A stretch of 54,099 nt of DNA from an uncultured Actinomycetes bacterium (GTDB lineage Bacteria > Actinomycetota > Actinomycetes > S36-B12 > UBA10799): NCBI GenBank assembly GCA_964627505.1, contig CAZVKB010000006.1:1-54099 (forward strand), given 5' to 3'. The notes beneath the pieces are model-generated. The model saw only the letters and a list, made by a program, of their open reading frames with translations, had not been told where the DNA came from and ran no database searches. Shown here in pieces: positions 10,601 through 19,446 of the stretch (its first letter is position 1; each line of letters opens with the position of its first letter). The translations under genes and the position numbers were made by a program.

Positions 10601-12866
10601 TCTTGAGCGCCTCGTCACAGTGCTGGCTACGTTTCCGGTGGCGCGCACTCGACCGTTCTTTGACGCGATGGAGCGGACCGTCCCAGGTACCGGTGCCATG
10701 TTCGCCGCCACGATCGATCCGTGGAAGTGCACCGGGTGCCTCGAGTGCATCGACGTCTGCGGGCCGGGTTCGTTGACTCCCCTGGATCAGGATGACGACG
10801 TTCTCACAACTCTGCGCACGCGCTTCGAGTTCGCCACCGAACTTCCCAACACGCCCGCCCGTTTCCGCACCGACGCCACTAGCGTGGACGGCGATCTCAA
10901 GCGCCTCATGCTCGACCGGCACAACTACTACTCCACCAGCGGCGGGCACGGTGCCTGTCGCGGCTGTGGCGAGGTCACCGCGATTCGGTTGGTGATGGCC
11001 ACCGGCCACGCGCTCGGTGAGCAGCATCGGGCGGCGCATCTGCATCACCTGGCCGAACTCACCGCGGGGCTCGAGACCAAAATCGCCACACTAACCGCGC
11101 AGTCGACCACAACGGAGACCCAGTCCGCAGCCGCCGAACGCGTCGCTCGACTCACCGAACTGCGGGACGTGCTGGAACGTCGCCTGTACGACTATGAAGG
11201 CGGTGCCACGGGCAACGGGCCCGCGCCGATGATCGTGGCCAACGCGACGGGGTGCAGCAGCGTCTACGCCTCCACCATGCCCTACAACTCCTACTTGGAC
11301 CCGTGGGTGAACAGCCTCTTCCAAGACAGTGCGCCGTTGGCGAAGGGCATTTTTGAAGGTATCGCCGCCCAAACTGCGCCAGATGTGCGGGCGATGCGAA
11401 TCGCCGAACTGGAACTCGCCGACTCCTATTCGCCGCCTGCCGACCGGGCAACCGAGGGTGCAGGGAACGCGGATGATGCCAGCCAACTCGACCGCCAATT
11501 GCGAATGTTGTCGTGGTCGGAGTTCTCTCCTGACGAACTCACACTGCTGCCCACTGTGCTGACGATCGGCGGTGATGGCGCAAATTACGACATCGGCTTC
11601 GGGGCAATGTCGCGGATTCTGGCCAGCGACACTCCGATCAAGATGTTGGTGCTGGACTCCGGTGCTTACTCCAACACCGGCGGCCAAGCTTCCACCGCAA
11701 GTTTCACGGGCCAGGACTCGGACCTGGCGCGATTCGGCGGTGCACACGCCGGCAAGCACGAGGGTCGTAAGGAACTCGCCCTGCTGGCGTCATTTCACCC
11801 CAACGTTTTCGTGTGCGCCACCAGCACCGCGATGCACGGGCAGTTTTTGGCCGCCACGATGGAGTTCTTGTCCTATCCCTCGGCACCGGGCGTTATGAAC
11901 GTCTACACCCCGTGCGGTTCCGAACATGGCATCCCGGAGGCATCGTCGAATGCGCGGGCTCGGCTGGCGGTGGAAAGCCGCATGCACCCGTTGTTCGTGC
12001 ACGATCCACGCCGCGGCACCACCCTGCACGACCGGTTCTCGCTCGACGGCAACCCCGACCCGGGCCAACCCTGGACCACCAGCACGCTGGAATACCTCGA
12101 TGACAACGGCGAAGTAGCGCTGCTGGACACCGCGCTGACGCCTGCCGAGTTTGCACTGGGCGAGGTGCGGTTCAAAAAGCAGTTCCGCCGACTGCACGCT
12201 GCGGAGGAGGACATTGGCCTGCCCATGGCGGAGTTCATCGAACTCGGCCCGGAACAGCGTGCAGCCCACATGCCCTTCATCTACGCCACGGATGACGACC
12301 GCCATCTGATCAAAGTGGCGTGCTCGGCATCGATCGTCGCGCTTGTGGACGATCGGCGGCGCTACTGGCAGACGTTGCAGTACCTCTCCGGTGTGCACGA
12401 GGCGCAATTGACTGCCGTGCACCACGACGAACTAGCCGCCTTGCGCGCACAGTACGAAGAAGCCGCAGCTGCCCGGGAATCGTCCTTGGATGACATTGCG
12501 CGGGCGATGGCTGAGCTGGCCACGGCGAGCCAAGCGCCAGCCGGACCTGCACCGTCGATGGGTTTCGGCGGCGCACCTGTGGGGGCCGCTGCGGCCACTG
12601 TGGGCGCACCGGGCGCAGCACCTGCGGCCGAATCACACGCCCCGATCTACATCGACCCAGCCGAAGAAGCCCTGTGCAACGATTGCGGCACGTGCTACCA
12701 GGAGTTACCCCAGTTCTTCACGAAAACCACTGTGGTGATCGACGGCGAGGCGCGCGTGATAGCACGGGCGATTCCAGGCGCCGCCGAAAGTGTCGAGATC
12801 ACCCCCGAGATCGCCAAGCGGATCGACCGGGTCCGCGCCACCTGCGACGCGGAGATCATCCGATGA
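7695..12866 (+). CDS. Single-chain pyruvate (2-oxoacid):ferredoxin oxidoreductase, NifJ/PFOR type, with extra C-terminal ferredoxin domain
   Basis: YPITPST; gamma domain GGYGTIATGK and KYGSEKSG; CTGCMECALACP and CTGCLECIDVC; GACRGCGE; NATGCSSVY; TPP motif GGDGANYDIG; YSNTGGQAS; C-terminal CNDCGTC...C. Confidence 0.9.
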   Translation: MSIASDSINLTRVHPTAAANSDTSPAQQPPPFPGVPTVINGNGAIAHVMSHVCGGVIGYPITPSTEISELFEAARAEGGRNVWGRHPFFFEPEGEHSAQSGALGAALTGGQFISNASSSQGILYAMESHYVTVGKKVGGFVLQVAARVVSKHSLNVMAGHDDVYALLSAGYTVLFGSNPQEAADLAAIAYRTSALSLIPVANAMDGFATSHMLSEANLPEPELLRTYLGDPAGRIPCPTLAQELLFGAKGRVFQLQNYLERHRDDFYLADYAALSEHLKTHAVAIESDNDGNLIESTLGWVPEELHGQWHRQWRNAFERGTRQLVPALVDVNAPGLTGPVQNQPDFQAGAADHRTHFASAVPALTREAMAEYSALTGRTYSPIHAYDCADADFIMVGLGSITDDVRAVLPYLRAQGYKVGVVSVKMLQPFPEADLVAACANAKAITVLERSDQTALSSLVTQALFKARANHEAQQRGDNDQYDDIPALSATPKLTTAIFGLGGHDVQPRHLIAAFQNMADGGNAPLIYLGSQFFDEHPNSHVAEIQERLRAAYPETEVMALTTQPNPSLLPPEALRIRFHSVGGYGTIATGKLLTDILAGVLDMHSKSAPKYGSEKSGAPTNYYITLSPEPVLITNAELEDVEVVISPDHRAFIHANPLKGLVDGGTFILQSSLSPLQVWRELPRHARRTIRERHLHFLVVDAFAVAKRHAPTADLETRMMGIAFIGAVVGHVDRVVRGASEAAIAEKVRAQIAKKFGAKGAAVIEGNMSVISDGITATQNVDYDAPEFRAIDDEAPMLVPLDVSLSASMCATSASTAGLFDPAYYEDIMARPFREGTISEAPVLPGVGLFMPPGSAAGKDKGLFRRTVPDFDFSTCTGCMECALACPDAAIPNIVAEIPDLLLTGIAELDIPDRQRDALRALVYPLSEQVREVYRQDKTPRPFHEAVASALASLPGVRPEDQPTLAHNLERLVTVLATFPVARTRPFFDAMERTVPGTGAMFAATIDPWKCTGCLECIDVCGPGSLTPLDQDDDVLTTLRTRFEFATELPNTPARFRTDATSVDGDLKRLMLDRHNYYSTSGGHGACRGCGEVTAIRLVMATGHALGEQHRAAHLHHLAELTAGLETKIATLTAQSTTTETQSAAAERVARLTELRDVLERRLYDYEGGATGNGPAPMIVANATGCSSVYASTMPYNSYLDPWVNSLFQDSAPLAKGIFEGIAAQTAPDVRAMRIAELELADSYSPPADRATEGAGNADDASQLDRQLRMLSWSEFSPDELTLLPTVLTIGGDGANYDIGFGAMSRILASDTPIKMLVLDSGAYSNTGGQASTASFTGQDSDLARFGGAHAGKHEGRKELALLASFHPNVFVCATSTAMHGQFLAATMEFLSYPSAPGVMNVYTPCGSEHGIPEASSNARARLAVESRMHPLFVHDPRRGTTLHDRFSLDGNPDPGQPWTTSTLEYLDDNGEVALLDTALTPAEFALGEVRFKKQFRRLHAAEEDIGLPMAEFIELGPEQRAAHMPFIYATDDDRHLIKVACSASIVALVDDRRRYWQTLQYLSGVHEAQLTAVHHDELAALRAQYEEAAAARESSLDDIARAMAELATASQAPAGPAPSMGFGGAPVGAAAATVGAPGAAPAAESHAPIYIDPAEEALCNDCGTCYQELPQFFTKTTVVIDGEARVIARAIPGAAESVEITPEIAKRIDRVRATCDAEIIR

Positions 12867-15625
12867 CCGCCGGTGTTGAGCAGTCCACCCCACCCTCGCC
12901 GGAGCAGGCGGTGCTCGATCACCAGGCGGCTCTGCTCAAGCGCCGACTGCAGGCAGATCCGCGGGCTTTCCGGGACCTGTTCATTTCCGAAGGTGCCGCG
13001 GCGGTCGGCTGGGAGTTTGCGCAGCCGGAACTCAGCGATGGTTTTGTGCGCACCATGTGGGACACCCTCTCCCGAGGTGATGACAGCAGCACTGTGCTGA
13101 TGCGGTTCGTGTGGAACCTGCCGCTGGGGGGCAAGCGTAAGTTCATCCGCGGACTCGACCGCTGCCTCGCCGATCGCTATCCGATGTTTGCCGGGCTATC
13201 GGTGAACTGGCCGGCGAACAACGGTATCGAACCGTTCGTGCGCGATGCCGAGGCGCGCGCGCACGATTTCGACCTGGTCAATCAGGGTTATCTGGGATAT
13301 CTGGAGCAGGGGTACACCGCCCGCGACGTCGATCTGTTCGTGTGGCTAGAGGTGTTGCGGGACAAGCAGTGTGAGGAACGGCCCTGCGAATTGGGGGTGT
13401 TCCTCGCCGATCATCGCGAACCTACAGGCGGTTGCCCGGTGCAGATTCACATTCCGAAGATCTTGGAACGCATCGGCACCGGCAAGTTCTCCGAAGCTCT
13501 GGAACTGTTGGAATCCAGCAACCCTTTGCCGGATGTCACCGGCCGAGTGTGTCCGCAGGAGTTGCAGTGCCAGGGCGTGTGCTTGCTGAAGACTCCAATC
13601 GCGATCGGCCAGCTCGAGTGGTTTTTGCCGCAACGGGAAAAACTTGTCCATCCCGAGGGCGATGCCGTGCGTTTTGCTGGTCTCCCCGATCCGTGGCAGG
13701 AGGCTGCCCACGCCCCGGTGGCGATTGTCGGTTCCGGGCCGTCGGGCCTGATCAACGCATATCTGTTGGCGGCGCAGGGCTACCCGGTGACAGTGTTCGA
13801 GGCGTTCCACGCGCTCGGTGGGGTGCTGCGCTACGGCATTCCGGAGTTCCGCTTACCCAACGACCTGATTGACGACGTGGTGGCACGGATCCGAGCCTTG
13901 GGCGGAAAGTTTGTCCTCAACTTCGTCGTCGGTAAGACTGCCACCTTGCAGGATCTGCGAGACGCCGGGTTTGCCCACATCTTCGTCGGCACCGGCGCCG
14001 GACTGCCGCGGTTCATGAACGTCCCCGGCGAGCACCTGCTGAACGTGATGTCGGCCAACGAATTCCTCACCCGGGTCAATCTGATGCAAGGGCGCCGGGC
14101 TGACTTCGCCACCCCGCTGCCCGAGACAGATGGCAAGCAGGTGCTCGTGATCGGCGGCGGAAACACCGCGATGGATGCCGCCCGGACCGCGCGTCGGCTC
14201 GGTGGCATCGTGACCATCGTCTACCGGCGCACGCAGGCTGAGATGCCCGCCCGGCTGGAGGAACTCCATCACGCGCTGGAGGAGGGCATCGCGGTTGCCG
14301 AACTGCTGTCCCCGTTGGAGTTCCTGGGAAATGATCACGGGTTTGTCACCGCGGCCACGCTGGATGTGATGGAACTCGGTGAGCCCGATGAGTCGGGTCG
14401 GCGGCGTCCGCTGGCCACTGGCCGGACCGAGGTGCGGCGCGCCGATTTGGTGATCATGGCTTTGGGCAACGACGCCAACCCGATCATCAAAGACTCAGAA
14501 CCCAGGTTGGCTACCTCGAAGTGGGGCACGATCAACCTCGATCACCGTGGCTCGCAGGAGACGACGGTGCCTGGGGTATTCACCGGAGGTGATGCCGCGC
14601 GGGGTGGGTCCACAGCGATTCTGGCTGCGGGTGACGGGCAGTCGGCGGCGCGCGAATTGTTGGCATTGCCCGAGTTGCCGCCAGCAGAAGTGGCAGCCGC
14701 GGTGGCGCGGGCGCGGGAGTTCTCCGACGTGGCCGCAGGTGCCCAAACCATCGTGGGCAAGGTGGAATTGTCGCCGGGGATCGTGGAGTTCACGGTGCGC
14801 TCGCCGTTGATCGCCCGAACGGCACAGGCTGGGCAATTTGTGCGAGTCTTGCCGACCCCGGACGGAGAACTGATCCCGCTGACCCTGGCCGACTGGGATG
14901 CCCAGGCCGGCACCATCTGTCTGGTGGTGCAGGGTGTGGGTGCCAGCAGCATCGAGATCAATCAGATGACAGTCGGTGCGGCGTTCACCGGGATTGCCGG
15001 GCCGCTAGGACGTCCGAGCGACATCACCCGCACGGCGGAAGGTGCCACAGTCGTGTTCACGGCTGGCGGCTTAGGCCTGCCGCCGGTCTACCCGATCATG
15101 CGGGAACACTTGCGCCAGGGAAACCACGTGACGCTGATTGCGGGCTTCCGCACGGCCGAGTTGATGTTCTGGACCGATCCCCACGAGCGCATCGGGCAGT
15201 TACAGGCGACGTACGGCGATGCGCTGGACGTGGTGTACACGACCAATGACGGTTCGTTCGGGGTGGCGGGATTCGTTACCGATCCCTTGCGCAGCAAGCT
15301 CGCGGCCGACGACTCTGCGACTCGGCCGGTTGCCGAAGTTGTGACGATCGGGCCGCCGGTGATGATGCGGGCGGTGAGCGACCTCACGCGCGAGTTCGGC
15401 ACCCCATGTGTGGCCAGCCTGAACTCGATCATGGTGGATGCCACCGGTATGTGTGGCGCGTGCATGGTGCCGGTGGTCGTCGATGGCCGGATCGTGCGCA
15501 AACACGCGTGCATCGACGGGCCAGAACTCAATTCGCACATCATCGATTGGGATAAGTTCCTCCCCCGCTTCGGCCTGTTCCGGGATCAGGAACACGAGAG
15601 CTTGGTGCGACACGGTTTGGCCTGA
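12863..15625 (+). CDS. Fused NfnB(SudA/GltD-like)-NfnA(SudB/PyrK-like) NAD(P)H:ferredoxin oxidoreductase
   Basis: ATGA overlap with PFOR. GCPVQIHIP, TGRVCPQELQCQGVC, GSGPSG, YGIPEFRLP, GGGNTAMDAARTA, VYRR, then AGQFV, GPLG, GGLGLPPVYP, IGPPVMM and MVDATGMCGAC...CIDGPE. Confidence 0.85.
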   Translation: MTAGVEQSTPPSPEQAVLDHQAALLKRRLQADPRAFRDLFISEGAAAVGWEFAQPELSDGFVRTMWDTLSRGDDSSTVLMRFVWNLPLGGKRKFIRGLDRCLADRYPMFAGLSVNWPANNGIEPFVRDAEARAHDFDLVNQGYLGYLEQGYTARDVDLFVWLEVLRDKQCEERPCELGVFLADHREPTGGCPVQIHIPKILERIGTGKFSEALELLESSNPLPDVTGRVCPQELQCQGVCLLKTPIAIGQLEWFLPQREKLVHPEGDAVRFAGLPDPWQEAAHAPVAIVGSGPSGLINAYLLAAQGYPVTVFEAFHALGGVLRYGIPEFRLPNDLIDDVVARIRALGGKFVLNFVVGKTATLQDLRDAGFAHIFVGTGAGLPRFMNVPGEHLLNVMSANEFLTRVNLMQGRRADFATPLPETDGKQVLVIGGGNTAMDAARTARRLGGIVTIVYRRTQAEMPARLEELHHALEEGIAVAELLSPLEFLGNDHGFVTAATLDVMELGEPDESGRRRPLATGRTEVRRADLVIMALGNDANPIIKDSEPRLATSKWGTINLDHRGSQETTVPGVFTGGDAARGGSTAILAAGDGQSAARELLALPELPPAEVAAAVARAREFSDVAAGAQTIVGKVELSPGIVEFTVRSPLIARTAQAGQFVRVLPTPDGELIPLTLADWDAQAGTICLVVQGVGASSIEINQMTVGAAFTGIAGPLGRPSDITRTAEGATVVFTAGGLGLPPVYPIMREHLRQGNHVTLIAGFRTAELMFWTDPHERIGQLQATYGDALDVVYTTNDGSFGVAGFVTDPLRSKLAADDSATRPVAEVVTIGPPVMMRAVSDLTREFGTPCVASLNSIMVDATGMCGACMVPVVVDGRIVRKHACIDGPELNSHIIDWDKFLPRFGLFRDQEHESLVRHGLA

Positions 15626-15658
15626 AGCTGCGGCGTAGTGCCTGTGCCCCCTACGACT

Positions 15659-16564
15659 CTAGGTGCGGTTATTCGTATGCGTGAAGGCGTGCATCGGCGT
15701 GCCGTCGACTCCGGTCAGCCACACCTGCGCTTCCTGCGCAGTAGTGAGTGTGAGCAGTCGGGCGTCCCCTGGAATAAACAGCGGTTTGCGAAACGCCGAG
15801 ACCACGCTCACTGCCGGTGTGAGCGAATCCGCCACCGCCGCCACCGAGCGGGCCATCATCCAGCGTCCGTGAATGATGGTGGTGCGAAAGCCAAACGCAC
15901 GGGCCAGCAGTGGGTGCATGTGAATGGGGTTGCGATCACCGGAGACACCGGCGAAGGCACGTCCCAAACCTCCCGACAACGACACAACCGTGCTGGTGGA
16001 GGCTGGGTCCGGGTCCGGTACGTCTACTTCGACGGCATCGGTCACGGGATGCGCCGCCGCGTCTGCGCCCGCCACGCGTGCGCCACGACTCAGATACGTG
16101 CTGACCTCCTGCCAGGCAACACGGGAGGCATCATCGGCGGTTCTCACCTCGGTGACCACGTCCACGAGGGCGCCAAGTCGGTGTGCGCGCAGATTCTCGA
16201 CGTGCACACGCACACTGAGCACATCGTCTGAGTGCAATGCCCGCTCCGCCGTGATGCGATCGGTGAGATGGATCATGCCCAACGCGCGCAGCGGAAAGCG
16301 GCGTGCCGTCATGAGCCGCAACCCGGCTGCAAATCCCAAAATCGACGGAAACGTCACCGGAACCTGGCCGTCGTCGGCAAACTCGCATACCTCCCGGTAG
16401 TGCTGCAACAGATCTGCGTTTATCTGGACCCCAGTGAGCTGTTCCGACTCCATGGGCAACGTGTCGCCGCCACCCCAGATGGCATCCGGCAAGACCGAAC
16501 CGGCCACAGCTCGGGAGAACAGCTCCGCGGTAGTCGCAACGGATTTCACGTCTGGCAGATCCAT
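15659..16564 (-). CDS. MaoC-family (R)-specific enoyl-CoA hydratase/dehydratase (double hotdog)
   Basis: FPLRALGMIH, SGDRNPIH...IIHGRW and FRKPLFIP motifs. GAGGAG RBS. Confidence 0.88.
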   Translation of the reverse strand: MDLPDVKSVATTAELFSRAVAGSVLPDAIWGGGDTLPMESEQLTGVQINADLLQHYREVCEFADDGQVPVTFPSILGFAAGLRLMTARRFPLRALGMIHLTDRITAERALHSDDVLSVRVHVENLRAHRLGALVDVVTEVRTADDASRVAWQEVSTYLSRGARVAGADAAAHPVTDAVEVDVPDPDPASTSTVVSLSGGLGRAFAGVSGDRNPIHMHPLLARAFGFRTTIIHGRWMMARSVAAVADSLTPAVSVVSAFRKPLFIPGDARLLTLTTAQEAQVWLTGVDGTPMHAFTHTNNRT

Positions 16565-16682
16565 GCGGACTCCTCAGGTCGGCGATCAGGTGCGCAGATG
16601 CAATGTGTCACACCCGGCCACCGGTAGTCCTGCCGGAGCGGGTTGCTGGGTACGTCGCGCTCGATGCCCCGCACCCACACTC

Positions 16683-18368
16683 CTACAGGTACTGACCGGT
16701 GTGGTCCGTGGTATCGATCGCGCGCCCCGGTTCGCCACCCTGCTTGCCCTTGATCAGGGTGCGGATGAAGACGATCCGCTCCCCCTTCTTGCCCGAGATG
16801 CGCGCCCAGTCGTCCGGGTTCGTGGTGTTCGGCAAGTCCTCGTTCTCGCGGAACTCGTCGACGCACGCGTCGAGCACGTGCTGCACGCGAATCCCCTTGC
16901 GGCCAGTGGCGAGGAACTCCTTGATGGCGGACTTCTTCGAACGGGACACGATGTTCTCCAGCATCGCTCCGGAATTGAAGTCCTTGAAATACAGCACCTC
17001 TTTGTCACCGTTGGCGTAAGTGACTTCCAGGAACCGGTTTTCCTCGGACTCCGAGTACATGCGCTCCACAGCTCGGCTGATCATCGCTGCCACTGTGCGG
17101 TGCGGATCGTCGTCGTATTCGGCAAGGTCGTCCGGGTGCAGCGGTAGATCGGCGGTGAGGTACTTGCCCAAAATGTCGGAGGCGGCTTGCGCGTCCGGTC
17201 GCTCGATCTTGATCTTGACGTCGAGTCGGCCTGGCCGCAGAATCGCCGGATCGATCATGTCCTCCCGATTGGAGGCACCGATCACGATCACATTCTCGAG
17301 GCCTTCGACACCGTCGATTTCGCTGAGCAGCTGCGGCACGATGGTGTTTTCCACATCGCTGGACACACCGGAACCGCGGGTGCGGAACAGCGAGTCCATC
17401 TCGTCGAAGAACACGATCACCGGCATACCTTCGCTGGCCTTCTCGCGGGCACGCTGAAAGACCAGCCGAATGTGGCGTTCGGTCTCGCCCACGTACTTGT
17501 TGAGCAGTTCCGGGCCCTTGATATTCAGGAAAAACGAACGGCCTTCGCCTTTACCGGTGGTTGCTGTCACTTTGCGTGCCAACGATGCGGCAACCGCCTT
17601 GGCGATGAGGGTTTTACCGCAGCCGGGTGGACCGTACAGCAGGATGCCTTTCGGGGGGCGCAGTTTGTGTTCGGCGAAGAGATCCGCGTGCAGGTATGGC
17701 AGTTCGACGGCGTCGCGAATGGTTTCGATCTGGGTATGGAGGCCGCCGATGTCGGAGTATCCGATGTCCGGTACCTCCTCGAGGACGAGTTCTTCGACCT
17801 CGGACTTCGGCACGCGCTCGTAGACGTACCCGGAGCGGTTGTCCAGCAGCAGTGCATCGCCAGCCCGCAGTCGGGTCGCCAGCAGCGGCTCGGCCAATCG
17901 CACCACCCGCTCTTCGTCGCCGTGGCCCACCACGAGCGCTCGGAAGCCATCGACTAGGAGTTCCTTGAGTGTGACGATCTCCCCCACACACTCAAACTCC
18001 CCGGCGGCCACCACATTCATGGCCTCGTTGAGTTGCACTTCTTGGCCCCGAACGAGCTCAGCCAGTTCCACATTGGGGCTTACGGCCACACGGTGCTTGC
18101 GACCTGAAACCAAAATGTCGGCGGCTCCCTCACCGGCGGTGGCTAGGAACACGCCGAACGTGTTTGGCGGCGCCGCGAGCCGATCAAGTTCGTCACGCAG
18201 CGCCACGATCTGGTCGCGGGCCTCGCGCAAGGTCGTGGCGAGGCGCTCGTTGGAGGCACGCGCGGATTTCAATGCGGACGTCAGGTCTGCCACGGACGGC
18301 TGCTGGTAATTCCCCCAGATATCACTGGGCAGGCCAGACGGCGGATCGGGCTGGTCGTTGCCTACCAT
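16683..18368 (-). CDS. arc: Proteasome-associated ATPase ARC/Mpa
   Basis: N-terminal coiled coil, [42 protein letters not shown]-terminal GQYL docking motif. Confidence 0.97.
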   Translation of the reverse strand: MVGNDQPDPPSGLPSDIWGNYQQPSVADLTSALKSARASNERLATTLREARDQIVALRDELDRLAAPPNTFGVFLATAGEGAADILVSGRKHRVAVSPNVELAELVRGQEVQLNEAMNVVAAGEFECVGEIVTLKELLVDGFRALVVGHGDEERVVRLAEPLLATRLRAGDALLLDNRSGYVYERVPKSEVEELVLEEVPDIGYSDIGGLHTQIETIRDAVELPYLHADLFAEHKLRPPKGILLYGPPGCGKTLIAKAVAASLARKVTATTGKGEGRSFFLNIKGPELLNKYVGETERHIRLVFQRAREKASEGMPVIVFFDEMDSLFRTRGSGVSSDVENTIVPQLLSEIDGVEGLENVIVIGASNREDMIDPAILRPGRLDVKIKIERPDAQAASDILGKYLTADLPLHPDDLAEYDDDPHRTVAAMISRAVERMYSESEENRFLEVTYANGDKEVLYFKDFNSGAMLENIVSRSKKSAIKEFLATGRKGIRVQHVLDACVDEFRENEDLPNTTNPDDWARISGKKGERIVFIRTLIKGKQGGEPGRAIDTTDHTGQYL

Positions 18369-18481
18369 TCCTGCCTCCTGCGGGGCGCACGGTCCGACGG
18401 CTCATCTGCCGAACGTGTTGTGCAGACCCTAACGCGATCGGACGTAATTGCCACTCCAGCTGGCCAGACTCCGGCGGAATT

Positions 18482-19402
18482 TTACCTGCCCGACACATCT
18501 GCCGCGGCGTCTGCCGCCTGCTGGGTTTGCTGATAATCGGTGCCGTAGGCGCCCTTCGCCGGACGTGTGCGGCGCACTGGCAGCACCGTGCCCGGGGCGA
18601 GCCTGCGGGTAAAGACCAAGAAGCCGGTGTGGCCCACCATCCGATGGGATGGGCGCACGGCTAAGCCCTCCACATGCCATGAGCGCAACAGCAGTTCCAT
18701 CGACTCCGGCTCCGTCCACCGACCATCGACGCGCAGGTGTTCGACTAGTCGCGACATCTGCGTCGTCGTTGCCACGTAGGCGCACAGCACCCCGCCGGGT
18801 CGCAGTAACCAGGCGGCCGCCGACACGCACTCCCACGGCGCCACCATGTCGAGCACCACTCGATCCGCACTCCCCTGCGCATCTGGAAGTGCATTCTCCA
18901 CAGCCGCGAGATCACCCACCTGCAGGGACCAGTTTGCAGGCTCCGAGCCGAAAAACGTGGCGACGTTGGTGCGGGCGATCTCGGCGAAATCAGCACGCCG
19001 CTCAAAAGAGGTGACGCTGCCGGAGGTCCCCACCGCGCGCAACAAGCTGCACGTCAGTGCAGCAGAGCCCACCCCCGCCTCCACCACTCGCGCCCCTGGG
19101 TGGATATCGGCCAGACCGACGATCACTGCGGCGTCTTTCGGGTACACCGGGGTGGCGCCCCGCGGCATGGAGAGCACGAAATCGGCCAACAGTGGGCGTT
19201 GTGCCAAATACGGTGCGCCTTTATTGCTCGTGACGATGATGCCCTCTGGACGGCCCAGTAGGTCGTCATGGGCAATCGCGCCCTTGGAGGTGAAGAACGT
19301 GCCCCCGGCGTTCAATGTGACTGTGTGCTTACGACCCTTCTGATCCGTCAATTGCACTCGGTCGCCGATGTGAAATGTGTTGGGGTTCGGGGCTTGAGCC
19401 AT
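18482..19402 (-). CDS. trmI: tRNA (adenine-58-N1)-methyltransferase
   Basis: GDRVQLTDQKGR, MPRGATPVYPKD, EAGVGSAALT, AVRPSHRMVGHTGFL. Start placed at ATG 19402, 7 nt after TACTGT. Confidence 0.93.
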   Translation of the reverse strand: MAQAPNPNTFHIGDRVQLTDQKGRKHTVTLNAGGTFFTSKGAIAHDDLLGRPEGIIVTSNKGAPYLAQRPLLADFVLSMPRGATPVYPKDAAVIVGLADIHPGARVVEAGVGSAALTCSLLRAVGTSGSVTSFERRADFAEIARTNVATFFGSEPANWSLQVGDLAAVENALPDAQGSADRVVLDMVAPWECVSAAAWLLRPGGVLCAYVATTTQMSRLVEHLRVDGRWTEPESMELLLRSWHVEGLAVRPSHRMVGHTGFLVFTRRLAPGTVLPVRRTRPAKGAYGTDYQQTQQAADAAADVSGR

Positions 19403-19446
19403 AGCGCCGACAGTACGCGAACTCATTGGCGGGATAAGGTCTGCCC

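Noticed and set aside
12674..12862. 63-aa N-terminal extension of the Nfn fusion
   Set aside because: It lies inside the PFOR ferredoxin domain in another frame. ATGA at 12863 is the natural start.
12863..15625. Glutamate synthase small subunit (gltD)
   Set aside because: There is no gltB nearby and an NfnA/SudB domain is fused, which fits Nfn/Sud better.
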